From Bacteroidota bacterium (lineage in GTDB: Bacteria > Bacteroidota > Bacteroidia > Palsa-948): DNA of 41,486 nt. The notes under the pieces were generated by a model, which saw nothing but the letters and a program-made list of their open reading frames with translations, was not told where the DNA came from and made no database searches. The stretch covers positions 1-41,486 of the forward strand of contig SCSP01000074.1 of assembly GCA_004297845.1 (NCBI GenBank). Direction: 5' to 3'. How positions within the stretch are numbered: the first letter of the stretch is position 1; every line of letters begins with the position of its first letter. A program made the position numbers and the translations under genes. Shown one piece after another: positions 1-8,519 of the stretch.

Positions 1-663
1 CTGGCTCCCATCGAGTATAATCCCGATTCGCACTTTATCGCCTACATTCCGTTGAATTTGATTAATCCCCTCAATGGTGAAATTAGATAAGAGATTTGCG
101 TAACGCTCAGGGTAAAGAGACAGTTCTTCTGTTTTCTGTTGTGCCAGGTTATGATAAAAATTCAGGATATGATTGTTGGGGGCAGTAAGCAAATCTACCT
201 GCAAGAGGTTGTTCATTAAAGTATCTTTTAATTCAGGTTTAAACTTTTTGAAATCAGGATGGTATTCCGGCAGTTCATGGTAATTTGCATCCAGGTCAAT
301 CACAAATTCAATATCTGAATTTATATCTCTCATACCTTTTACAATGTAACTCACATCACTAAACAGCACAGGCATTACAACGTAATCAGCCCATTGCACC
401 AGCTTAAAATCAATTGGATTATCGTAATCATCGAACATCTTATTGAAGTCCCATTTATGGATATGCCCTATAATAGCGCAGTGTGTGTCTGTCCGGTTTA
501 ACTCCAATGCCGGTAGTATCATCCTGTAATAACCACTTTCATTGGTACAAGAAGAAAGAAACAACACATGAATTTTTTTATCATTCATGTTAAAATTCGG
601 ATACCTGTGTTTAAATTCTTTTGCCGTGTTCAGGTGAAAGTAAAGTTCTTTGACGCTTTTCAT
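1..663 (-). CDS. hypothetical protein, N-terminal 221 codons (3' end lies beyond the window start)
   Basis: My reverse-complement translation is open from the ATG (rc of 661-663) to nt 1: MKSVKELYFHLNTAKEFKHRYPNFNMNDKKIHVLFLSSCTNESGYYRMILPALELNR...RIGIILDGSQ. It is absent from the ORF track because it runs off the edge. The strand/helix pattern hints at a glycosyltransferase-like fold, but I saw no diagnostic motif. Confidence 0.6.
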   Translation of the reverse strand, partial: MKSVKELYFHLNTAKEFKHRYPNFNMNDKKIHVLFLSSCTNESGYYRMILPALELNRTDTHCAIIGHIHKWDFNKMFDDYDNPIDFKLVQWADYVVMPVLFSDVSYIVKGMRDINSDIEFVIDLDANYHELPEYHPDFKKFKPELKDTLMNNLLQVDLLTAPNNHILNFYHNLAQQKTEELSLYPERYANLLSNFTIEGINQIQRNVGDKVRIGIILDGSQ

Positions 664-682
664 AATTTTATAATTGAATTAT

Positions 683-934
683 TTATTCTATACGGGTTCC
701 ACCCTCGTAACGCTCCAGCACTTTTTCTGTGCCATCATTTTCAGCTATTTTAGCTCTCTCGGTATAGACACTATATTTCGCTACGAGGTTGCGAAGCCGT
801 TTTAATCCGAGTTCACGATCACGGTGTTTTGAATACCTATGAGGCCAATCCAATGAATAGAATCTTCGCACATTTCCATCTGTAAATACGAAGTCCACAT
901 AAGTGAAAGAATCTTGTATGAGTTTCCAAGCCAT
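683..934 (-). CDS. small hypothetical protein (83 aa)
   Basis: The ORF lies 19 nt upstream of, and co-oriented with, the 1-663 gene. No recognisable motif. Confidence 0.45.
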   Translation of the reverse strand: MAWKLIQDSFTYVDFVFTDGNVRRFYSLDWPHRYSKHRDRELGLKRLRNLVAKYSVYTERAKIAENDGTEKVLERYEGGTRIE

Positions 935-1183
935 AAGAAAAAGGTTTATATTTGCATTAATAATTTATTGATTTTTACATGGCATATAATTATAAATCAG
1001 CCAGTTATATTAATATTAGGCACATTTTTTAGTAAATAAAATTTGTTGAATTGTCAGTAGGAGCGGTTCGACTTGGTTCCCGCTGCGGGTACAAAACCGA
1101 AGTTTTCGAGATAAAATCGAATATCCCGTTTAATTTTTCCTCTAAACTCCTTGGTGATTTTTATTTCTTAAACAAGTTTTTTC

Positions 1184-1783
1184 TTGAAAATATTTTTGAC
1201 ATCTTTTCTTCTTCTGTTCCGTTTTTCAATGGTAATAGCTCAGCCCGGCCAGGCTATACCGGTAGGAAGAAATGCACTTTATGCAGAATGGTACGGGAAT
1301 GGTGTTTATTATTCTTTGAACTATGAAAGGATATTTTATTCACGAAACAACAACCGCCTGCACCTGGGCGCAAGGATGGGAGCGATGGCATATCCAAATG
1401 TTTTTTCCAACAAGGATATTATTTTTATTATCCCCGCAGAGGTAAACGCCATACTGGGAAAAAGCGAACATAAAATTGAATTAGGAATAGGGAACAGCGT
1501 TTCTACAGCCAGGTTCTATCTGTTGCTTTCTGATCCTCAACGCTATTACAGGCAATTCATACTATTTACCCGTTTGGGTTACAGATACTATTATGGGAAA
1601 GGCATTCTTTGCCGCTTAGCGCTAATGCCATTGCTTACTTATAAGCTCGGCTACATATCCGGAGAAGACAGCCCGGGACCCGAAATACTGAAGCCATCCA
1701 CATCCGGACTGATTAATGACAATTCGTTATCCCGGTTTTCTCTTGGCATTTCTGTTGGACTCACTTTTGGATATTCCTTTTAA
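1184..1783 (+). CDS. putative outer-membrane beta-barrel protein (199 aa, TTG start)
   Basis: Signal-peptide-like N-terminus (MKIFLTSFLLLFRFSMVIAQ). Alternating aromatic/hydrophobic strands. The C-terminus ...GLTFGYSF ends in Phe, like an OMP beta-signal. Confidence 0.55.
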   Translation: MKIFLTSFLLLFRFSMVIAQPGQAIPVGRNALYAEWYGNGVYYSLNYERIFYSRNNNRLHLGARMGAMAYPNVFSNKDIIFIIPAEVNAILGKSEHKIELGIGNSVSTARFYLLLSDPQRYYRQFILFTRLGYRYYYGKGILCRLALMPLLTYKLGYISGEDSPGPEILKPSTSGLINDNSLSRFSLGISVGLTFGYSF

Positions 1784-1829
1784 TTTAATGAATAGAAATT
1801 GGGACAAAACTCCTACTTTCGTATCTAAT

Positions 1830-3080
1830 ATGACGAAAGGAACTGTCGCTACAATCTTCTTCTTTTTTCTTTTTATTCATTCCTTTGCCCAAAAAACTAT
1901 TGTTATATCCCCGCCAAAAGGTTTACCTGTTTCTTCAGATTGCAAAAGCGCCATTCAGCTGAGTTCCACACGCAAGGTTTCATACGGCCCCACTGTTCCT
2001 CCAAAAGGTTTCGGCAAGGTTATGGATATTAAAGCCTGCGACAAGCAGGATATTTTCACTTTTGAAAAAGAGCGCAACACCGCATGGTATTCTTTTGTTA
2101 CACAAGAAGAAGGCGATCTTATCATGGAGATCATATCCGTTAATCCCAAGAACGATTATGATTTCATGCTTTTCAAATGGACCGACACCTGCTTTTGCGA
2201 CAATGTTAAACAGGGATATCTGTTGCCGGTGCGCACCAACCTTTCACATTCCGAAAGCAAGCAGGGAGTTCCCGCGACCGGACTTTCAGCCAAGGCAGGC
2301 GAAAATCATGTTCCTGTAGGGGTCGGGAAAGAATTTTCAAGTTCTCTTCCGGTAAGAAAGGGCGAGAAGTATTACCTGGTAGTTGACAATGTTAATCCAA
2401 AAGGCCAGGGACATACCATCAAAATGTATTACCTGAAAGAGATCAGTGTGAGCGGCACCGTGATTGATGACCACAAAAACCCGGTAGCCGGTGCAATCGT
2501 ATGGGTTGAAAATGCAAATGAAAACATAGTTGATGTTACAAAATGCGATGAGGCGGGAAAATACTTTTTGAGTGCAAAAATAAAAGAGGATGAGTACTAC
2601 AGCCTGCTGTATACCAGCGATAGTTCCTTTATTGAATGTCGGCAGATTATCCTGAATGAATTCGCAAAAACTAATTATGTCCAGAAAGATATCAAGACCG
2701 TCTTGCCGAAATTAGAACGTGGGAAAAAATACATACTTGAGGGAATATCTTACAACACAAATACCGGAAGGTTGCATCCCGGCTCCTTCCCAACCTTGAA
2801 TGCGCTTACCAGACTGATGATGAAAAATAAAAGCCTGAAGGTGCAGATTGAAGGACATGTAAACAATCCTAATGTCGCGGCAAACACAGGAGAAGACAAA
2901 ATACTTGGACAGAAAAGAGCCAATGAAATTTACGACTACCTGCTCTATAAAGGCGTTGCAAACACACGGATTGTCCCCACAAGTTTTGGAAGTTTATTTA
3001 TGATCTACGAAAGACCAAGCAATCAGACGCAAGTTGACGCCAATAACCGGATAGAAATATTTTTTCTTCCGGATAAATAA
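1830..3080 (+). CDS. OmpA-family protein with carboxypeptidase-regulatory-like domain
   Basis: I chose the ATG at 1830 (MTKGTVATIFFFFLFIHSFAQ signal peptide) over the track start at 1716, which overlaps the previous gene. It has a CarbopepD_reg-like 'VSGTVIDDHKNPVAGAIVWV' and a C-terminal OmpA-like region (LKVQIEGHVNN...RANEIYDYLLYKGV...NNRIEIFF). Confidence 0.8.
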   Translation: MTKGTVATIFFFFLFIHSFAQKTIVISPPKGLPVSSDCKSAIQLSSTRKVSYGPTVPPKGFGKVMDIKACDKQDIFTFEKERNTAWYSFVTQEEGDLIMEIISVNPKNDYDFMLFKWTDTCFCDNVKQGYLLPVRTNLSHSESKQGVPATGLSAKAGENHVPVGVGKEFSSSLPVRKGEKYYLVVDNVNPKGQGHTIKMYYLKEISVSGTVIDDHKNPVAGAIVWVENANENIVDVTKCDEAGKYFLSAKIKEDEYYSLLYTSDSSFIECRQIILNEFAKTNYVQKDIKTVLPKLERGKKYILEGISYNTNTGRLHPGSFPTLNALTRLMMKNKSLKVQIEGHVNNPNVAANTGEDKILGQKRANEIYDYLLYKGVANTRIVPTSFGSLFMIYERPSNQTQVDANNRIEIFFLPDK

Positions 3081-3160
3081 TATCGCATCATGATAAAATT
3101 TTATGAACAGAAATACAAATTCAGGCGAGCGGGTTAAACTGCCTCAGCACGACATGTCCA

Positions 3161-4777
3161 CTACTTTTTTTTGGGAGGGGTAGGAGTCACATACCCATCC
3201 GGCACCAGAATGATATTTTTCTCGATCAGCGGCTTGTAGGAACTTTTATCTAAAATTTGTACTGTTTCGCTGTAAGGCAGATAGCCGGGAATCTCAGTGG
3301 CAATTTTAAATTTACCCGGAGGAAGGATGATGACATATTTTCCGGTGCCGGGATTCGGCATGTAATTACCGAACTCATCCCCGGTTTTTACATCGGTTAC
3401 GGATATAAAAACATGTGCCGAATCTACCGGCTTTTCTGCATCCTTGCTGGTTACTTTTCCTACCAGCACCGTGTAGTCAGGATCCACATCTAAAAAATTT
3501 ATCCGATAAATATCAAGGTCACCCAAGCCATCCCTTTTTCGTGCAGAAAGGTATCCGTATTTTCCGGTTGAAGATATCCGGAAGTTCATGTCATCCTCCG
3601 GAGTGTTGATCGGAAAACCAATGTTCTTTGCGCCCGTGAACTTCCTTTCATTCTCATCCCATTTAGCGGCAAAAATATCGTAGCCGCCCATGCTGGTATG
3701 TCCCATAGATGAAAAGAAAAGTATATATCCATCGGGTGAAATATTGGGAAAATCTTCGTTCTGAGGAGTGTTTACACCTTCTCCCAGGTTTTGTGCAGGG
3801 CTCCAGTTTCCATCGGGCAGCCTTCTGCAAACATAAATATCCGATCCTCCCATTCCACCGGGCCGGGTGCTGGCGAAAAAAATAGCGTTCCCATCAGGCG
3901 ATATGGATGCTGAAATTTCCTGCCCTTTCATTGAATTGATTTGTTCATCTAATAAGATCGGTTCTTTGAAGTTTCTGCTTTTATCCGCTTTGGAAATATA
4001 AATATCTCCGGAACCCTGCATGTTGTCAAAATACACCAACAGGTACTCCCCGCTGCTGGAAAGCCCTACTGCTTCCTCATCACCATAGGCAGAATTAATT
4101 ACCCTGCCAATCGGTTTTGCTTTGCTGAATTCTCCGTCCTTCACTTTTGAAAAATAAATATTGGCGCCCCAGGAACCGTCAGGGTATTGATAGCCACCGG
4201 ACTCCGGTCGTTTGGTATTGAAAATAAGGAAGGACTCGTCTCCCGGAACAAATGGAAAATAATCAGGGTACTCTGAGTTAATATTTTTGCCCAGATTTTC
4301 AAAGGTTACATTCAAAGGGAATTTCATCAGTTCCTTTGCGTTCAAACAATACTGTACCTGTACGTCCGCATCCTTGGTGTTCTCAGCAGACCCCTTCCCC
4401 CCTTCTTTAAATTTTCCAAAGGCTTTGATGGCATCATCAAACTGCAAAGCATACTGATAGGCCCTGCCAAGCAGGTATTTTGTTTCATGCTCGGAAGTGC
4501 TGCCCTGTATCTTTTCAAAATAAGCTATTGCCTTGGTCTTGTCAATATCTGTATTCAAATAGCAAACCCCGATTCGATAGTTATATTTTTCATTAGCAGG
4601 ATCTTTCTTTATAAGAACGAGGTACTCATCAAGAGCGCCCTCGAAATTCCCGTACCTGAAATTCTCATCCGCGAGTTTTACATCTCCCAGAGCCGCTTTT
4701 TTAGCCTGCTTGGGCTGTGAATAAGAAAAACAAGAAGCAAGGAGGAGAAAGCAGGGAAGGATCAGGCGAAAGAGCAT
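3161..4777 (-). CDS. TPR + PD40 (TolB-like beta-propeller repeat) protein, no OmpA domain
   Basis: Signal peptide MLFRLILPCFLLLASCFSYSQ. N-terminal TPR-like block. Repeated PD40 signatures (ISPDGNAIFFAS.RPGGMGGSDIYV, ISPDGYILFFSS). C-terminal CarbopepD_reg-like beta domain. Confidence 0.85.
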   Translation of the reverse strand: MLFRLILPCFLLLASCFSYSQPKQAKKAALGDVKLADENFRYGNFEGALDEYLVLIKKDPANEKYNYRIGVCYLNTDIDKTKAIAYFEKIQGSTSEHETKYLLGRAYQYALQFDDAIKAFGKFKEGGKGSAENTKDADVQVQYCLNAKELMKFPLNVTFENLGKNINSEYPDYFPFVPGDESFLIFNTKRPESGGYQYPDGSWGANIYFSKVKDGEFSKAKPIGRVINSAYGDEEAVGLSSSGEYLLVYFDNMQGSGDIYISKADKSRNFKEPILLDEQINSMKGQEISASISPDGNAIFFASTRPGGMGGSDIYVCRRLPDGNWSPAQNLGEGVNTPQNEDFPNISPDGYILFFSSMGHTSMGGYDIFAAKWDENERKFTGAKNIGFPINTPEDDMNFRISSTGKYGYLSARKRDGLGDLDIYRINFLDVDPDYTVLVGKVTSKDAEKPVDSAHVFISVTDVKTGDEFGNYMPNPGTGKYVIILPPGKFKIATEIPGYLPYSETVQILDKSSYKPLIEKNIILVPDGYVTPTPPKKK

Positions 4778-4952
4778 ACGCGGAATTTATAATGATAGCA
4801 AATATAAAATAATTACTACGTACAAAAAGATAATTTCTCCGCCAACCAAAGCCCCTGATTTATCAACAGAACTTAGTTCCTGAACTTTCAAATTTATCAT
4901 ACATTTGCCGTTGCCTTTCTTCTTATGAAAAGAAATAATAAAAACACACAAC

Positions 4953-6008
4953 ATGCATTTTAAAATCCTCACTTCGTCTCTATTGCTCGCATTTAATTTT
5001 CAATACTCCATCGCGCAGGATACAGTGAAAGTTTCCACGCTGGCGGGGCTTGATAATAATGCGGAAAAATTCTACAACAGCGGCATTGCAAAATTTGCCT
5101 CCAAAGACTTCCATGGCGCTGTCGTGGACTTTAACCAGGCCATTGGGCTTAACGCAGTTTTTGACAAGGCTTTTTTCAATCGGGGAATTGTTAAGTTTGA
5201 AATGAAGGATGTGAAAGGAGCCATAGAAGATTATACCCAGTCTCTCACGCTGAATGACACCTGCGCGCAATGCTACTTCAGCAGGGGGCAGGCAAAATAT
5301 TCCATAGCGGATAAAGCAGGCGCTTCCGGTGATTATGGAAAAACCGTTGAACGCAACCCCATGCATTCGCAGGCCTATTACTACCGGGGAGGAATAAAAT
5401 TTGAAGAAAAAGATTATAAAGGAGCTATCGCAGATTTTGACAGGGCTATTCAGGTAAAACCTGATTATGCATACGCCTACAACGACCGTGGAAGCGCCAA
5501 ACGCGAACTGGAAGATTATAACGGTGCTGCTGCAGATTACAAAAAAGCAACAGAATTGAAAAAAGACATGGCTTTTGCTTTCAGCAACCTTGGAAGCGTG
5601 TTAAGAAAAAAGGAAGATTACAAAGGAGCGATAGCCGCTTATGACAATGCTTTAAAAGTTAAAGAAAGTTATCTTGCGTACAACAACCGCGGCAGCGCCA
5701 AATACGATGCCGGAGATTATCAAGCAGCTGTCGAAGATTTTACAAAAGCGGTAAAACTGAAAGTGGATTATTCCATAGCCTACAATAACCGCGGTGCCGC
5801 AAAATTCAAGCTGAAAGATTACCCGGGCGCCATCAGCGATTACAATAAAGCCATCCAACTGAACGGACAATACGGCTTCGCGTTTCTGAACAGAGGCATG
5901 GCCAAAGAACTTCTCCGTGATCAGGCAGGGGCCTGTGCCGACTGGAACCAGGCTGTTCAGCTTGGCATTGAACAGGGAAAGAATTATTTAATGGATTGTA
6001 AAAAATAA
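4953..6008 (+). CDS. secreted tetratricopeptide-repeat protein
   Basis: Signal peptide, then about nine 34-aa repeats of the form 'DY.GAI.DY.KAI.L.P.YA.AYNNRG.AK'. Confidence 0.85.
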   Translation: MHFKILTSSLLLAFNFQYSIAQDTVKVSTLAGLDNNAEKFYNSGIAKFASKDFHGAVVDFNQAIGLNAVFDKAFFNRGIVKFEMKDVKGAIEDYTQSLTLNDTCAQCYFSRGQAKYSIADKAGASGDYGKTVERNPMHSQAYYYRGGIKFEEKDYKGAIADFDRAIQVKPDYAYAYNDRGSAKRELEDYNGAAADYKKATELKKDMAFAFSNLGSVLRKKEDYKGAIAAYDNALKVKESYLAYNNRGSAKYDAGDYQAAVEDFTKAVKLKVDYSIAYNNRGAAKFKLKDYPGAISDYNKAIQLNGQYGFAFLNRGMAKELLRDQAGACADWNQAVQLGIEQGKNYLMDCKK

Positions 6009-6017
6009 TGAACTAAC

Positions 6018-8519
6018 ATGAGAAAAAATTTCGTTTTTGTTTGCTTTTTTATTTTTCAGTCATTTTTTGCCATTGGGCAGAACATTGATTTTACGAAAAG
6101 CAACTTTACAGGCAAGGAAGATGGACTGAAAGAAGCATCAGCAAACATAAAAAAGGGGGATGAATTTTACAGGGCAGGCACATTCATGTATCACAAGGCA
6201 CTTGAATTTTACCTTAAAGCCAATGATTTTAACTCCGAAAATGCTTCGCTGAACTACAAAATCGGAACCTGCTACCTCTACTCTTCTTTCAAGCAGAATG
6301 CCCTTGCTCATCTTGAAAAAGCAAAAAAATTGAATCCCGAAGTTAACAACAAACTCTACTATTATCTGGGACGCGCTTTCCATCTCCGTATGCAGTGGAC
6401 AACGGCTATTGAGCAGTTTGAGTTGTACAAAAAACGTATTGCCCAAACCAGTGAAGAAAAAATCCCAAATGTTGAAAAAAAAATACAGGAATGTAAATAC
6501 GGAATTGAGCTGATGAAAGATACGCTTCGCTTCAGCAAGCTCCCCGATTCCCTGCGGTATAAGATCGAGAACATGGGAGCCAGCGTAAATTCCCAGTATC
6601 CGGATTACCGCCCAGTGATTTCTGCCGATGAAGCGATTTTGGTTTTTACAGCTCGAAGGATGAATACCACCGGAGGCGGAATGGACCCGTATGACGGCAA
6701 ATATTTTGAAGATATCTACATTTCAAATAATGAAAAAGGCACATGGTCTGAATCAAAAAATCTGGGAGATCCTATCAACACATCCAATCGGCACGATGCT
6801 ACCTGCGGAATTTCCGTTGACGGGCAGAAACTTTATATTTATCTGGACGACACGTATGACGGAAGCGGTAATATTTATGAATGTAAATTAGATGGGCGTA
6901 ACTGGTCTGAGCCCCAAAAAATGCCTAAAGCAATTAATTCTCGTTATCACGAATCATCTGCCAGTCTTTCACCCGATGGAAAAACAATTTACTTCTGCAG
7001 TGAAAATCTGTTTGAATACCCCGGGCAAGGAACCCACGATATATTTAAGGTCTCACAGGTAATTAAAGACGGTAAAACAGAATGGAGTGAGCCCGAAAAC
7101 CTTGGAACCACGATCAATACGCAATACGATGAGCGTACCGTATTCATCCATCCGGATGGTAAAACATTATACTTTTCTTCCGAGGGACATAACTCCATGG
7201 GCGGATATGATATGTTCAAGTCAGTGTATAACGATTCCACAAAAAAATGGTCAAAGCCGCTTAACCTGGGCTATCCGGTTAATACCCCCGATGATGATGT
7301 TGACTTTGTGGTTTCTGCAAGCGGAAAGCATGCTTACTACGCAAGCGTACGTCCGGACGGATTTGGAGAAAAGGATATTTACAGGATCACACTGCCTGCA
7401 GACACCACGGTCTATCTCACCCTGGTGAAAGGAAATGTAGCGGACGAAAGCAAGAACCCTGTTAAGGCTAAAATTGAGATCATTGATAGTAAAACAGGCA
7501 AGGTAATATCCGTGCAGGAATCCAACAGCGCCACCGGAAAATTCCTCGTATCACTTCCATCAGGAAAAAATTACAAAATGAATGTAACTGCTGACGGGTA
7601 TTACCCTCAGCAGAAGGACTTTAACATCCCCAAAGGAGAAAAATACAAAGAGCTTGAAGTTAACATCATTATGAAGCGAAAAGTGCAAATGGTGTCCATT
7701 GACGGGGAAGTTACCGATGAAAAGAACGTGCCACTTCAGGCTACGGTGGAAATAATCAATAACGCTACCGGAGAAGTAATCGTTAAAACCACTACTGATA
7801 AGCTGGGAAAATATCTTTCAAAGTTACAAGCAGGGAAAAATTACGGAATGGTTGTTTCCGCAGACGGATACCTGTTTGAATCCCTGAACTTAGACATACC
7901 CCCCGATAAAGAGCGGATGAAGATCCCTCCCATCCGGCTTAAAAAAATAGAGGCGGGGAAAAATATTGTCCTGAACAACATCTTTTTTGATTTTGACAGA
8001 GCCACGCTTCGTGCGGATTCAAAGCCGGAACTGGACCGTGTTGCCAAAGTGCTCAAGGAAAACCCCAGCATGAAAATCGAGATATCCGGGCATACCGACA
8101 GCAAGGGATCTGCCACCTACAATCTCAGGCTTTCTGAAGCCCGTGCAAAATCGGTGGTGGATTATTTGATAAGCAGCGGCATCGAAAAGTCGAATCTTGC
8201 CTATAAAGGTTATGGATTTTTGAAGCCCATTGCATCTAATGATACAGAGGAGGGCAGGCAGCAAAACAGGAGAACCGAATTTAAAGTGATGGAAATAGAC
8301 CCGAACGCGAAAGTAACTTTCACTTCTCCGAAAGAGGAGGGAGGAGGGATTACGGTTAAAAAATTACCGGAGCATGTTTTAAAAGCAGATAAAAACAATG
8401 ACGGGAAAATATCGGCAGATGAGATTATCTTTCTGATCGATAATTTTCTGGACGGGGAAAGTGATTTTACATTTGAAAAAATAAATGCAGTCATTGAGTA
8501 TTTTTTTGAGCAAGACTAA
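6018..8519 (+). CDS. TPR-PD40-2xCarbopepD_reg-OmpA envelope protein with C-terminal EF-hand-like extension
   Basis: Signal peptide. TPR block (LNYKIGTCYLYS...YYYLGRAFHL). PD40 repeats (LSPDGKTIYFCS, IHPDGKTLYFSSEGHNSMGGYDMF). OmpA motif (NIFFDFDRATLR...ISGHTDSKGS..YNL.LS..RA..V..YL...GRQQNRRTEF). 'DKNNDGKISADE' near the C-terminus. Confidence 0.9.
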   Translation: MRKNFVFVCFFIFQSFFAIGQNIDFTKSNFTGKEDGLKEASANIKKGDEFYRAGTFMYHKALEFYLKANDFNSENASLNYKIGTCYLYSSFKQNALAHLEKAKKLNPEVNNKLYYYLGRAFHLRMQWTTAIEQFELYKKRIAQTSEEKIPNVEKKIQECKYGIELMKDTLRFSKLPDSLRYKIENMGASVNSQYPDYRPVISADEAILVFTARRMNTTGGGMDPYDGKYFEDIYISNNEKGTWSESKNLGDPINTSNRHDATCGISVDGQKLYIYLDDTYDGSGNIYECKLDGRNWSEPQKMPKAINSRYHESSASLSPDGKTIYFCSENLFEYPGQGTHDIFKVSQVIKDGKTEWSEPENLGTTINTQYDERTVFIHPDGKTLYFSSEGHNSMGGYDMFKSVYNDSTKKWSKPLNLGYPVNTPDDDVDFVVSASGKHAYYASVRPDGFGEKDIYRITLPADTTVYLTLVKGNVADESKNPVKAKIEIIDSKTGKVISVQESNSATGKFLVSLPSGKNYKMNVTADGYYPQQKDFNIPKGEKYKELEVNIIMKRKVQMVSIDGEVTDEKNVPLQATVEIINNATGEVIVKTTTDKLGKYLSKLQAGKNYGMVVSADGYLFESLNLDIPPDKERMKIPPIRLKKIEAGKNIVLNNIFFDFDRATLRADSKPELDRVAKVLKENPSMKIEISGHTDSKGSATYNLRLSEARAKSVVDYLISSGIEKSNLAYKGYGFLKPIASNDTEEGRQQNRRTEFKVMEIDPNAKVTFTSPKEEGGGITVKKLPEHVLKADKNNDGKISADEIIFLIDNFLDGESDFTFEKINAVIEYFFEQD

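Noticed and set aside
1051-1326. 91-aa + ORF in the divergent intergenic region, and the 60-aa ORF at 20018-20200 upstream of the tRNA
   Set aside because: The first overlaps the better-supported 1184-1783 ORF in another frame. The second lies in the tRNA promoter region. Both are low-complexity and motif-free.
1716-1829. N-terminal extensions offered by the ORF track (1716 for the OmpA gene, 28775 TTG for the R-M gene, 31898 for the transposase, 28248 for the lipoprotein)
   Set aside because: The extensions overlap upstream genes or hairpin repeats and lack signal-peptide logic. The internal ATGs give canonical N-termini (signal peptide, lipobox, or the conserved MSTYTQILYQIV start).
8331-8349. 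A purine run, aaagaggagggaggaggga, as a possible fifth copy of the mini-element
   Set aside because: There is no complementary pyrimidine arm and no hairpin. It simply encodes KEEGGG in the tail of the OmpA paralogue.
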